From Eledone cirrhosa (taxonomy: Eukaryota), in assembly GCA_964016885.1 (NCBI GenBank), contig OZ024742.1:316014001-316078000 (forward strand): 64,000 nt of DNA, in the 5' to 3' direction. A program made the position numbers and the translations under genes. Numbering within the stretch: the stretch's first letter is position 1; every line of letters starts with the position of its first letter. The notes under the pieces are model-generated. The model was not told where the DNA came from, ran no database searches, and saw nothing but the letters and a program-made list of their open reading frames with translations. This document shows positions 40,820 through 55,367 of the stretch, in pieces.

Positions 40820-42417
40820 TCATACCCTCGGCTACTGTGTCCAACAGGGCGACCCTTTGGGACCCCCCCTGTTCGCCCTTGGTATTGACCACATCGCCCG
40901 GAGTATCACGGCCACTCTCAACGTTTGGTATCTGGATGATGCTACATTGGGCGGGCCCGTACGGACGGTCTGCCATGACCTTCAATCGGTGGTTCCTGCC
41001 CTGGCGGGAATCGGCCTCCAGGTTAACTCGGCCAAGTCGGAGGTGGTGAATGTCAGCCTCGATGCTGCGAGCTTTGCAGCCTCCGTCTTGGACGTGCGTT
41101 CCAATCTCCGCCAGTTTCAGGTAACCCCCAAACAGGATGTCCTCATCCTCGTGTCACCGATCCACCCGTCGGCCATCCGCTCCACCATCAGGTCCAGGCT
41201 TCAACATCTCCAGACTCTCACGAGCCAAATGGGCTTGATTTACGGCCACCCAGCTCTCTTTCTGCTGAGGAACTGCTTCGCCATGCCGAAGCTCCTCCAT
41301 ACACTCCGCAGTGCTCGTGCTACACCCAGACATCTCTCCTCGCTGACCTCGATACTTGTATCCGAGCAGCAGCCGAGGAGATATGCAACGTCAAGTTTGA
41401 CGACATAGGGTGACAACAGGCCACTTTACCTGTCAGGTATTGCGGCCTTGGCCTCCGGTCCTCGATCTCACTGGCTTTGCCGGCGTATCTTTCGTCGGTA
41501 ACCTCGTGCCGCGTCCTTGTCAGCAGGGTTTTTCAAAACTCAACAGAACACTCTGTGTACAGAGACGAGGGACCAGCTGAGAGACGAGGGACCGGCTTGG
41601 ACTTAGCCCAGTAGACGTCCCTCTTCCTTCTCCTACTGTTGACGTCAAGTCCCCCCAACGCACTTGGGATCCCATCCAGTGCAGCCTGGCCTCAGACAGG
41701 CTCACGCACCAGCTCGACCAGCACCGCCTTGCTTGTTTTCGTGCGGTCTCCAAACCCCACAGTGGTGCCTGGCTCCATGCCCTGCTCTCCTTCTCCACTG
41801 GCACGCAGCTAGACAACCATAGCCTGCGCATCGGAGTTTCCCTGCGGCTCGGCCTCCGGATCTGCCAGCCACACCAATGTCGCTGCGGTTCCACCGTGGA
41901 CTCTCTCGGCCTCCACCCGCTTTCCTGTCGCCACAGTGTCGGCCGCATTCCACGCCATGCTGCCATCAACAAGGTCATTAAGCATGGCTTGGACGCTGCA
42001 GGCTTCCCTTCCCAGCTCGAGCCGGTGGGGCTGGATCGAGGGGACGGCAAAAGGCCAGATGGCATGGCCATCTTCCAGTTCCGCGGTGGCAAACCATTCG
42101 TCTGGGATGCCACTTGCAACGACACCTTTTGCAGCCGCAACCTGGTGCAGTCTGCGACTGACCCAGGTTCTGCTGCACGCCGGGCTGAGGGGGCCAAACT
42201 CCTCAAATACCGGTCGCTCTCCAACAGGTTTGCGGTCGTACCCCTTGCAGTGGAGATATCTGGTGTCCTCGGCCCCAGAGCTACCTCCTTACTCACCACC
42301 ATAGGCGCTGAGTTGGCCAGCCACAGGTGTGAAGTTGGAGTGGCTCTTCCAGCGCGTCTCTCTCGCCGTCCTCCTGTCCGCCGGGGCTGTTGTGGGCCCC
42401 ATCGCGTACCGTTGTAG
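40820..42417 (+). mobile_element. CRE-like non-LTR retrotransposon fragment (RT + restriction-like endonuclease)
   Basis: QQGDPLGPPLF, WYLDD, GGL-like domain, C..C..H...C, RHAAIN, GDGKRPDG, WDATC; frameshifted, GC-rich; 3' end abuts the Penelope element. Confidence 0.85.
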
Positions 42418-43603
42418 TTAAACCTAATTAATATACACTTTAGAAATTAATATATAAACTATTTTTAATTTAGTTAACCTATAATTAATATTCTACTACT
42501 GATGAACTACATAATTTTGCTTTCCTTCTTACAAATATCATTTCCTAAAACTGATACCATTAAGTAAACATATATAATGCTTTAACTTCAGGTTATGACT
42601 ATATTCCTTGAAAACTATATATATTTACTATTTCTCACTAATAAATTTAACCCCCCCCCCAATTATTATATGTATATATAGGTGTGTATGTGTGTGTATA
42701 TATATGTGTATGTATGTGTGCATGTATGTGTGTATATATATATGTATATATGTATGTATATATGTGTATATATATATATATATATATGTGCATATATATA
42801 TATATATGTGTGTATGTGTGTGTATGTGTATATATATGTATATATATATATATATATATAAGTGTATATATATGTATATATATATATATATATATATGTG
42901 TGTATGTGTATATATGTGTATATATATATGTATATATATATATATATAAGTATATATATATATATATTATTTTCATATTCTTTTAATTTCCCCTTATCTT
43001 TAACAGCACTTTTCAACTGCATCTAACTCTTATTTATCATATCTATATGTATTAGTATAATTTTATCAATATAAATATACCCATCAATTAAATTAATTTT
43101 ATATTCTTTTCATAGATGTATTTTTTTTCACTAACATTCTTATCTTAAAACTTTGGTCACCTTAGATATTTGTATTGGCATTACTATTTTATAACAGCAA
43201 CTGCTTGTATACCTTTTACTCACCACCTGACCTATTTTCACCCCTAAAATAAGCTTCAATTACTACTATTTTACCATTTGGCCAATTATTAACTTTCTAT
43301 TGGTTAATTCTAAACCTCTTACCAAACAGACAGAATATATTAGATCTTTGTTGGTTTTATTCAATGAACAAATAAAATTATTTCTGAGGTCAGCATAAGA
43401 CCTATTTCTTCCCTAAAATAATCCTTCATTCATAATATTCTTTTCCATCCAAAACTGAAATCTACCTTCCTCTACCCATAATTTAAGGTTCTTCTAATAC
43501 TATATTACTATCTTGACCCTCACTATCTCTCTATTGGTCAATTCAAAACCTGTTCCCAAACAGACCTATTGTATTGAATCTTTGTTATTTTCAATAAACA
43601 AAT

Positions 43604-43747
43604 ATCATTATTTCTGAAGACAGCATATATATGTGTAGGTATGTATATTCCCTCTGATAGTTTGTATAAATATTGTACATAGATCTATAGAATATGCATA
43701 CCAACTCTAACACATATATATCCTAGAAACGATTGTAAAATGATGAA
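43604..43747 (+). ncRNA. Hammerhead ribozyme with ~105-nt stem II insertion
   Basis: TCATTATTT-CTGAAGA(43614)-[long hairpin]-GAAA(43726)-CGATTG-TA|AAATGATGA. Confidence 0.7.
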
Positions 43748-44083
43748 TTTTTTTTAATATAAGGAACTGTTTCTTTGTTTATTCATTATTTTATTAATTT
43801 ATCTTGACTCTGTTTTCCGTTTATTTTTCACCGAAAGTAGTTTTTGAATGCATCTTCACTTTTCATGATATCCGGATTACATTGAGTTCTTCATACGGAT
43901 TGGACACTACCGTAAACTTTTGGTAGATTTATCTACATACTTTGCTCCTATTTTCATGGGGATATTCTAATTTTTATATTGTATGTGTATGTATACTTAT
44001 ATATATATACATATATGTGTATAACTTTATAACTCCATATACAAATAGTTGAGCTCTTTTTCTTGTCCATTATCCATATCGCA

Positions 44084-46537
44084 ATGGAAAAACAATACTT
44101 GGGAACTTCTTTAAAGAATATACCATTACCTTCTAAGGATGATTTCTTACTTCTTATGATACAAAAAACCAACCAATTTATCAGAAGAATCAGATGGAGG
44201 GCCTACCACTTCGATAAAAAATCAAAATGTACTGATAGGAAATATCTGTATGATTTCACTACATATAAAAATCCACCACACAACTCCTTACTTGAAAACT
44301 TTGAGAAAGACCTTTTTAATTTAATCAAACACCTCAAATTTAAGAGGTATAAATCTAATTTTCAAAAGGACCTTGATTCTACCCTATTGGACCTAAAAAA
44401 ATCTAAAAAATCCATGTCCACTCGGACAAAACTGGAAATCTATATCACATGGATATTGAAAATTACAATGAGTTCATATATAAAGAACTCAGGAAAAATT
44501 ATAGAAAAACAAATAATGCGTCACTTACCAACATCAACAACAAAACACACAGCATAGTGAATAGACGTAATATTGAAGATAGAACTGAACCTTTGGCATT
44601 GAAAAGACCACACTTCAACCTGAAAGATCATAAATCTAACTTTAACTCTAATCCTTCTATAAGGCTTATATGCCCTTCCAAATCTGATATTGGAATAATT
44701 AGTAAAAATTTTTTAGATAGAGTCATCCCACAACTAAGAAAACATGTTAATTTACCACTCTGGGAAAACACATCCCAGGTAATTAACTGGTTTAATAATA
44801 TTAGAAATAAATCCTCTGCTTCATTTCTACAATTTGATATAGATAATTATTCTTCTTCTATATCACCTATACTCCTGAACAAAGCCTTGATATTTGCTAA
44901 AAATAGATCTAACTTAACTTTGGATGACATTAATATTATTACACATGCTAGACTAACACTATTGGAATTTCAGAATAAATACTGGACCAGAAACACATAT
45001 AGTAATCTATTCGATATTACTATGGGCTCAAGCGATTCTGCCCAAATTACTGATCTTGTGGGCCTCTTTCTTCTTTTTAACATAAATGCTTCCTTTCCCC
45101 ACCTTAAAGGTGGTTTATATCGTGACGACTGTCTTCTTCTTTCCAATAACCTTAGCCTCTCAGAGATAGAAAAAAATAAAAAGCTTATTAGAACTTTCCT
45201 TAAAGACTATTATAGTCTAGATATTACATTTGAAAACACAAGTAAAGTAGTTAATTTCCTAGATATAACATTAGACTTATCTACGGGTATCTACCAACCT
45301 TACCATAAACCCAACCAAAATTTACACTACATACACTCACAATCTAATCACCCTAAATCTATCCTTAAAAACCTTGCATATAATATATCACTTAGAATTT
45401 CTAACCTTTCATCTAACCAAGATGTATTTGATAAAAATGCGACCTTTTATAACGAAGCTCTAGCTAGAAGTGGCCACAAAAATAGATTAGTATATATACC
45501 TTCTACCAATAACACTACAAACATACAACCTAATATTACCAACAAACTCCAAATGAAACATACACACCTAAATGCCACTCACACTATACCCCAAAACACC
45601 AACATAAAACCAAATTTCTCTAACTCTTCTAATATACAGTATAGTAACTCTCAAAAAACTACTCATCCTACAACTCTAATAAATGTTAATAATAAAACTC
45701 CTAATAAACAAGCTAAAACACCTAAATCAATAAATCTAACTAAAAATGTGTGTGGAGAGGTCATTAACAATAATTCTCTTAATAAACATCAGGATGCATC
45801 CTATAAAAACAATAAACAACATCGAAACCGTAATAGACGAGTTACATGGTATAATGCTCCATTTAATTTACAAATTAAGGATAATATACCTAAAAAATTC
45901 TTTAATATCCTAGAGAAAAACTTCCCGCCAAACCACAAATACCATCAAATCTTAAATAGATCAACGGTTAAATTCTCCTACTCAACAACCAAAAACATAA
46001 AACAAAATATAAGTGCCTATAATGCATATAAATGTAAAAAAAACCATGAGTATACCACCAGTACATCAAACTAACCATAATATCTCCTCAGATACAGGAT
46101 TCACGAAAAGTTGTAACTGTAGAAACAAGGCAAACTGTCAATTAAAAGGAAATTGCCTTGTTAATAACATAGTATATAAATGTAAAGTTAACACTAAGGA
46201 CTCAATTTATTCATATATAGGAGCTACCTCTAACAATTTTAAGGTAAGATTTAATACCCACAAACATAGTTTTAAAAATGCCGCACTAGCTAATACAACA
46301 TCTCTAGCTGAAATAATTAATAGTTATAGAAAGAGGAATATAGAATATGACCTGACCTGGAGTGTGCTCAAAAGGGCCACCCCTTATCAAAATAGTAGAA
46401 ATGAATGTAGATTATGTTCCCAAGAACTTTTCGAAATAATGAAATCTAAGGATATCCTATTAAATAAGCGACAGGAATTAATAATATCGTGTAATCATAA
46501 ACTGAGAAAAACATTTAAATATTATAAACCTAATTAA
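44084..46537 (+). pseudogene. Penelope-like RT + GIY-YIG polyprotein, two frameshifts in A-runs
   Basis: SDKTGNLY, FLQFDI, ITMGSSDS, LYRDD, VNFLD, HSQSNHP; CNCR..C..GNC, IVYKC..YIGAT..FKVRFNTH, CRLC..E; shifts at ~44405 and ~46040. Confidence 0.92.
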
Positions 46538-46986
46538 TATACACTTTAGAAATTAATATATAAACTATTTTTAATTTAGTTAACCTATAATTAATATTCT
46601 ACTACTGATGAACTACATAATTTTGCTTTCCTTCTTACAAATATCATTTCCTAAAACTGATACCATTAAGTAAACATATATAATGCTTTAACTTCAGGTT
46701 ATGACTCTATGTTCCTTGAAAACTATATATATTTACTATTTCTCACTAATAAATTTAATCCCCCCCCTCCCCAATAATTATATGTATATATAAGTGTGTA
46801 TGTGTGTGTATATATATGTGTATGTATGTGTGCATGTATGTGTGTATATATATATGTATATATGTATGTATATATGTGTGTATATATATATATATATATG
46901 TGCATATATATATATATATATGTGTGTATGTGTGTGTGTGTATGTGTATATATATGTATATATATATATATATATATAAGTGTATA

Positions 46987-47065
<79 letters not shown>

Positions 47066-47336
47066 ATGTGTATATTTGTGTATATATATATGTATATATA
47101 TATATATATATAAGTATATATATATATATATATATATATTATTTTCATATTCTTTTAATTTCCCCTTATCTTTAACAGCACTTTTCAACTGCATCTAACT
47201 CTTATTTATCATATCTATATGTATTAGTATAATTTTATCAATATAATATAACACATATATATCCTAGAAACGATCGTAAAATGATGAATTTTTTTAATAT
47301 AAGGAACTGTTTCTTTGTTTATTCATTATTTTATTA

Positions 47337-47412
<76 letters not shown>

Positions 47413-48203
47413 TAAGGCGGATACAATGCGTTCCGGCTAACTGTGCACTCTGAGTTCATATACTGCCGAGGCTGATTTTGTCTTTCGAGGTTAATAAAAA
47501 TAAAGTACTACCATAGACTCAGGTCTTCCTCTACATCGCTTTCTCATTTCCTCACTATCACTCTCTCTTTCTCTGAAAGAAATCGATTGTATTCCGACCT
47601 TGAGAGGGTTCCGTCGAGTTTAAAGTGTCAACAACGAATCTATCAGGAGTTACGGTTATATATTATAATCCGGAGTAAATACAGAGTAAAACGTATTTCT
47701 CGTATTTAGAATAGACCCCCCCCCCAAAAAAAAAAAAAAAAAAAATTAGTTACTGATCTTGGCTGAGTTAGTTCGGCCTAGTTTTACAGGAAAACGTTCA
47801 TCAAATACACATTTAAAACTTTGTGATATATTTGTATAGTTTCTGTCATTGACATTAAATAATTTTATTGGAAAAACTTTCCTTTTTTAGAGCAGATAGA
47901 AAGAAACACAGACATGCGCAGTCGGGTGTGGTTACTTTTGAGGAGGCGGTGTTGATGTCGACGTTAGTCAGAAATAACAGGATATTATGGAAACATCATG
48001 CAAATACATTCATTGCTTAACATAAACTAAAACTGTTGTCGCTTCTATAGTAAAATTGGCTTACAAAAATATGAATCACTTGTAAATGAAATTGGGTGAC
48101 ACAATAACATATATTGAGAGACAGAGAAATTAGCACAAGCGAATCCAAATGATCAGACATTGGCGACAGAGAATTGATAATATCAATAAAGATTTCTAAC
48201 AAT

Positions 48204-48382
48204 AATTGTTTCTACTTTAGGCACAAGGCCAGCAATTACCCAGTTCATTACTGGTACTTTATTTTATCGACCCCGTAAGGATGAAAGGCAAAGTCAACCT
48301 CGGCGGGATTTGAACTCAGATCGTAAAGGGACGTAACTATGCTGGAAAGCATGGCGTCCGACCCTCTACCGATACTGCCAAT
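48204..48382 (-). mobile_element. SINE with 25-bp target-site duplication
   Basis: ATCAATAAAGATTTCTAACAATAAT at 48182-48206 and 48381-48405; another SINE at 48629-48808 (plus). Confidence 0.85.
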
Positions 48383-48551
48383 CAATAAAGATTTCTAACA
48401 ATAATGCGAGCGCACACGAACGCATGTACACCTCACACACACTTATGCACATACACTCACACACGCTTAAAATACCCGAGGAACGCGGTATGTCAAAACG
48501 GTGCCTCTACGACTGTACCAGGAGATACGGGACCATACGCACACACATACA

Positions 48552-49407
48552 TGATGGCTGCCCCAGTCGTTATAGAGTATGGCCATTGCACGATATACCA
48601 TTATTAATTATTATTTATTAATTTCTGTATTGGCAGTATCGGTAGAGGGTCGGACGCCATGCTTTGACGCATAGAGTTACGTCCCTTGCCATTCTGAGTT
48701 CAAATCCCGCCGAGGTTAACTTTGCCTTTCATCCTTACGGGGCCGATAAAATAAAGTACCAGTAATGAACTGGGTAATTGCTGGCCCTGTGCCAAAAGTA
48801 GAAACAATTAATTAATTTCTATCGTGCAATGCCTGTGCGCGAAGAATTTTTTTTTTAACTGAGGAAAGACTGTGCACTGAGCCAATCCCACTATCTGAGC
48901 GACAGCAGCTATAACCCGAAAAGAAGAAAAGATCAACATCACTGGTAACTACTGAGCAGCAGGTTTTAAGTCGGAGTTATCCCAGTTTTCTGAGTTGCCT
49001 TCTAGAAGAATACTCTGACAAAAGCCAGAGGTCCGTCACTCCCAGTGGTTTAATCGCGTGATCGGGTATTCAGCCCGATTATTTCTATGTTCCCGCGCAT
49101 ATACATACATATGTACATACACTTTTGGATAGCCATTTACTTTTATGAGTTCTTCCGCCCTTTGTCAGGTTTTGTTTTTTGTCCTGCAGGGTCTCCAAAA
49201 TCACCTTCCTCAACAAGTAAACTTGGTGGGGTTGCCGGTCTAGTCGCCGACGACCCGACCATGCGACAGGTGGTACTGGGTTACATGTTACCAGTAGCAC
49301 TCAAGTGTGACTCGACATACATACATACATAATAATACATACATGTATACATACATACTTACATACATATATACATACATACATACATGCATACATACAT
49401 ACATACA

Positions 49408-49441
<34 letters not shown>

Positions 49442-49755
49442 CATGGTGGCTGCCAACTCGTTTTCGAGTACGGCCACTACTTTATATACATGTAGGAGAA
49501 CCCTTACCGATGCGCTGAACGAGGGTGACTTTTTAGTCCAGCCAGCGACTTGAAAACTCTGGTACAAACACTACACTTGTGACAATTATTGACACATAGT
49601 GCTGGGCCCATCGTACCATGTGACAAGTGCAGAGAGATCTCCAGATATAAAGCAATGCCTGTGCCGTGAAGCTTTTATAGTGAGCAAAGGCACTGCACAA
49701 AGCCAGTCCCACTCTCTTAACCAAGATGATATTTACCAAAAAGAAGAACAAGTCA
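48552..49755 (-). mobile_element. Two tandem RTE-related non-coding units separated by (TACA)n
   Basis: Diverged unit 48552-49300 (SINE-interrupted) and young truncated unit 49444-49755, both matching 18555-19144. Confidence 0.7.
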
Positions 49756-49783
49756 TACATACATACATACATACATACATACA

Positions 49784-49814
<31 letters not shown>

Positions 49815-50540
49815 TCTTTCCTTACGTTCGCGCCGCCGAACAGATTACCACGAGATTCGGTCATTCATTCGTTCGGTCTATCGCTTTCAGTTTAACAACT
49901 GGCTGCTTTACCTTATTTAAGACAGTTTCCACGTTTTACGTTACAACTCGTTCATCTGAGATTATGTCTCATGTAATCTAATGATTATACTGTCTCCTCC
50001 TATTCGTCTCTGAGCAGTGGATAATCTATTTAACCTCATTACACGCCCTTTGTTCTGTTTGTCTCCGAACAGGTGCTATAATTACATTTAACATCCTTAA
50101 TATACCTAAAACTGTGATATCCTTGTATATCTGCGCTCAGAACGGATGATAGGAGATCGGATACTGGCTGTTCCTTTTTATTCCATCATGAATTTGATTT
50201 ACAGAACTTTCCTATGCTACACAGTATTTCTACTAAAACCTGCATATTTATATATATATATATATATATTAATTCCAAATACTACCTTGATTAAATCTTA
50301 ACCATCTACAATGTCAGGGTATGTCATGTATCATTTTATTTTATATGTTGAGGACGTACTGTTGAACCTAATTCAGTACCTCTGAAATATGTATAATAAA
50401 ATATAATTGATCACAATAATATCTATTTTGTTAATATTTGGAATTAATATTAATAACTCTGGCAAATATTTACTGTAGAGTGCTTCCAATCTATTGTAAA
50501 ACTCATTCTTTGATGTTTTCATTGAATCGTGTTTAACTCT

Positions 50541-50584
<44 letters not shown>

Positions 50585-50627
50585 CAAAATAATATCGTGT
50601 ATCCAATGACAGAGAAATAATTTTTAG

Positions 50628-51704
50628 TATTATAGACCTAATTAATATACATTTTAGAAATATATTTATAATTTGGTTTTAATTTTAATCAACCTAAAAA
50701 TTTAATTTTAATTTGCTTAAAATTAGTATCCTTATACAGACGAATTGCAGAAAGTCATGTAATCATAGAATGGGATGTGTTTTGGATATATACCTAGTTA
50801 ATATATTCTATGCAACTTTTTGAAAAAGATATGTATATGTATATGTGTATGTGTATGTGTGTGTGTATGTATATGTGTATATATGTATATATGTATGTGT
50901 ATGTATATGTATATGTATATGTATTAATTTTGATGTCTATTTGCATATAATTATATTATGCTATTGATAAAATACAATATCTGTTTTATGTATTATATAC
51001 CTAATTAACATATACTATAGAAATAAATATATAATTTTTAATTTAGTTAACCTATAATTTATATTCTACTACCGATGTAATACTTTATTTTATTTGTTTT
51101 TTTCCCTATTACTAAATTCATTTCCTAATATTGATACCATAACGTTATTAACTTTAATTTAGTTATACTATAATTAATACTCTACTTCTATTTAACTTCA
51201 AAATTCTGCTTCAAATATTATAAACCTAACTAATTTACACCTTAGAAATCAATATGTTAACTATCTTTGGTTTAGTTAACATATAATTAATGGTATACTT
51301 GTTTATTTTGAGATGCATAGATTTTGCCTTAGTTCTTGTTTGTTGTATTTCCTAACACTGAAACTATGTAAAAACATACATTGGATCAAGATACGGAAAA
51401 TATTCTATGTTTCTTGAAACATATATTTACTATGATCCCCTTCTCCAAACCCCCCCTTTCCCCCATACTATTATCATCTGTATTTGTATGCGTGTATGTA
51501 TGAATATATATGTAGGTAGGTGTCTATATAGGTTTGGGTATTTATATCTGAATATAAAAATACATATATGCGCATGCAAATATGAATGTAAGATTGTGTG
51601 TGTATATATGAGTGTGTGTATGTATGTATATGTGTGTATATATGCATGTATATATGTATATGTATGTGAATGTGTGTATGTATATGTGTATGTATATATA
51701 TGTA

Positions 51705-51735
<31 letters not shown>

Positions 51736-51988
51736 GTATATATAGAAAAATATATATATATGTATATATATGTATATGTATATGTGTGTGTTTGTATGTG
51801 TGTGTATGTTGTATATATATGTATGTCTCTCTATTTATATGTCTATCTTCGTATCTATGTGATATATGTGTGTGTGTGTGCATGTATGCACATATATGTG
51901 TTTATGTGTATATATGTGTATGTGTGTATATATGTGTGTGTGCACACACATATATATGTGAGTGTGTATATGTGTCTGTGTATATGTA

Positions 51989-52023
<35 letters not shown>

Positions 52024-52112
52024 GGGTGTCTATGTGTGATTATATGTCTATATTCGTATGTGTGTATATATGTATGTATATGTCTATGTGTATATATATA
52101 TATATATATATG

Positions 52113-52159
<47 letters not shown>

Positions 52160-52414
52160 TTTTTTATTATTATAATATAACTTATGTGTATGTGTGTATA
52201 TGTGAGGTTGTGTATGTGTATATAATATGTGTATATATAAGTGTAAAAAAATATATATATATGTGCATGTCTGTTTTTTATGTGTGTGCATATATATATA
52301 TATATATACGTGTGTATATATATGTATATGTGGGTGTTTGTATATGTATTTATGGTGGTATGTGTGTGTGGGTATCTCTATATATATATATATATGAGTG
52401 TATGTGTGTGTATA

Positions 52415-52465
<51 letters not shown>

Positions 52466-52814
52466 ATGTATGTCTCTATTAATGCGTGTATATATGTATA
52501 TACATATGCCTTTTTATTTTTATTTGTATGTCAGAGTTAGGTGAGGTTGTAGTTGCGTTTTTATGTATATACGCATATATGGATGCGTATGTATTTGTAT
52601 ATATGAGTATAAGTAAGTGCATATGTATGTATGAATATATATCTAATTCTATGTATGAATATACATGTATATATATGTGTGTATGTAAGTTGTGTGTGTA
52701 TGTATGTATATGTCTATGTGTGTATATATATATATGTATGTATATCGATGTACGTGTATGTATGTACATGTATGTCTATGTATGTGTGTATGTATGTGTA
52801 TGTATATATATATG

Positions 52815-52869
<55 letters not shown>

Positions 52870-53156
52870 GTATATATCTTTATTATTTATTTTTTTTATA
52901 TATATGTGTGTATGTGTGTATGTGTTGTGCGTGTGTGTGTGTGTATATATATCTTTATATATGTGTATGTGTATGTTCGTGTAGGTGTTTGTGTGTGTAT
53001 GACTTTATATGTATGTGTGTATGTGTGTATGCGTATATATTTCTATGTGTGTGTACATGTATGTATGTGTGTGTATGTGTATGTGTGTGTATGTGTATAT
53101 GTATGTGTATATATATATATATATATATATGTTATATATAAATATGTATATATATA

Positions 53157-53191
<35 letters not shown>

Positions 53192-53509
53192 CTATATGTT
53201 TTTCTATTTGTATATGTATGTGTGTATAGGTATATACCTTTCTCTTTGTATTTCTAAGTTGTGTGATAGTGTAGTGGTGTTTGTATGTATATACCGATAT
53301 ATAGATGCGTAAGTATTTGTCTGTATGTATATATGTAAGTCTGTATATATTTGTGTGTATATATAGCTATGTATGTGTATATCTGTATGTATATTAGTAT
53401 GTAAGTGTTGTATATGTGCATGTATGTGTGTGGTTTTATATATATGTGTGTCTATATAGTATGTGTGTTTATATGTATATGTGTGTGTATATGTACGTGT
53501 ATATACATA

Positions 53510-53552
<43 letters not shown>

Positions 53553-53789
53553 ATGTATATATATATATATGTGTATTTGTATGTATATGTGTATATGTAT
53601 GTATGTGTGTATATGTATATGTTTATATATGTGTGTGTATGTATGTTCTTAGTGTGGATGTGTGTATATGTATGTATGTGTTTGTATATGTGTGTATATT
53701 TATGTATGTGTGTGTGTGTGTCTATGTGTATATATATGTATATTATATATATATATGTGTGTGTATATATATGTATATATATGTATGTG

Positions 53790-53825
<36 letters not shown>

Positions 53826-54659
53826 CTTGATATATTTCTTTTTTCTTTTTTCTTTTTTCTTTCTTCTTTCTATTCTTTCCTCTTTAATGTTTATTTATTA
53901 CTTTTTATTTTCTTAGTTTATAGATACATCTATATTAGGCAGTCTGCTCAGACCGTTGAATACTGACTTCTCCCCCCCCTCCCACCTAATTTCTGTATCT
54001 TGATCTAAAAATGTGTTGCCAGTGTTTTATGTGAGTGAATTAATATCCATGTGCTTATGATTTTATATCCACATATATAAATGTGAGTGGGGGTGTGTGT
54101 GTGTTTGTATGTTCGTGGTTATGTGTATATTTATGCATATACGCGCGTGTATGTGTGATTGTACGGATATGTGTGAGTATGAAAAAATATATTTATATAC
54201 TTAATTTTATACTTGTGTCAATACGTATCTTATCTGTGCATTATAAACTTACAGAGACATTAACCTTGAAATTTTGTATTTGCATCCATCCTTTTAGTAT
54301 GCGTATACATATTATACATACATTTTTGTAAAATATGTGTAAGGGTTTTACATGTATATACACACACCGAACTGCATTTAACCCTTTGTGTTTTCATTGG
54401 TCAATTTTGTTCCCAAACGGACCTGAAATTTTGAATTGTTGTTATTATCAATAAATATACTTCATTATTTCTGAAGACGGCGTATATATGTGTTGGTATG
54501 TATATTTAATCTTGATAATTTGTATAATTTTGTATAATTTTGTACATAGATCTGTTGAATATGCATACCAATTCTAACACATATATATCCTAGAAACGAT
54601 CGTTAAATAATGAACTTTTTTTGTTTAATATAAGGAATTGTTTATTCATTATTTGTTTA

Positions 54660-54665
<6 letters not shown>
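50628..54665 (+). mobile_element. Solo Penelope pLTR relative with expanded internal microsatellite
   Basis: Three subrepeats like TATTATAAACCTAATTAATATACA (~50628, 50991, 51216), ~2.3 kb degenerate TA/TG tract, hammerhead 54461-54614; homologous to 42421-43800. Confidence 0.7.
54461..54614 (+). ncRNA. Hammerhead ribozyme with long stem II
   Basis: Perfect 10-bp stem I TTCATTATTT/AAATAATGAA; CTGAAGA; GAAA-CGATCG-TT. Confidence 0.75.
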
Positions 54666-54689
<24 letters not shown>

Positions 54690-54690
<1 letters not shown>

Positions 54691-54884
54691 TGAGATAGAA
54701 ACTCAAAATAGTCTCTTACAATTAAATAGCTCAAGGAAACAGATCTTTCAGAGCCGTATACTATAATTGAATATAAAAGAGAGAGATAAACACAGATATA
54801 TAGATATATGCGTTCAAATCTGGTCCCTTACAATTTGAACACATATATGTATATATCTGTGTTTATCTCTCTCTTTTATATTCA

Positions 54885-54890
<6 letters not shown>
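54690..54890. repeat. Fold-back short element in (TA)n
   Basis: Arms ~54762-54820 / 54833-54890. Confidence 0.8.
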
Positions 54891-54958
<68 letters not shown>

Positions 54959-55155
54959 AACCATCTGGTTGTGGAACCAACCAACCAACCGGAAATTTAT
55001 AAATTCCTAAATTTATAAATTTATTATAATAAATTGAAGTGAAAGCAACTGGTGCATGTGTTTCTTATTGGCAACATGACCCTCCCAAAGTATAACAATA
55101 TCGGTTTCAACACACGTTTTCAGATAAAGAATTTTGCTAAACAAATTCAGAAACG

Positions 55156-55367
<212 letters not shown>

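Larger units (their letters stand above)
42421..47341 (+). mobile_element. Penelope-like element with direct pLTRs
   Basis: 5' pLTR from 42421 repeated from 46527 (overlapping the ORF end); hammerhead 43604-43747; RT + GIY-YIG ORF; ends in (TA)n. Confidence 0.92.

Noticed and set aside
41520-42302. 260-aa minus-strand ORF and similar antisense ORFs in 33398-38248
   Set aside because: Antisense to GC-rich retrotransposon coding sequence
42498-42520. CTGATGA near the start of the pLTR, plus isolated cores at ~8725, 49955 and 58095
   Set aside because: No properly placed stem II plus GAAA
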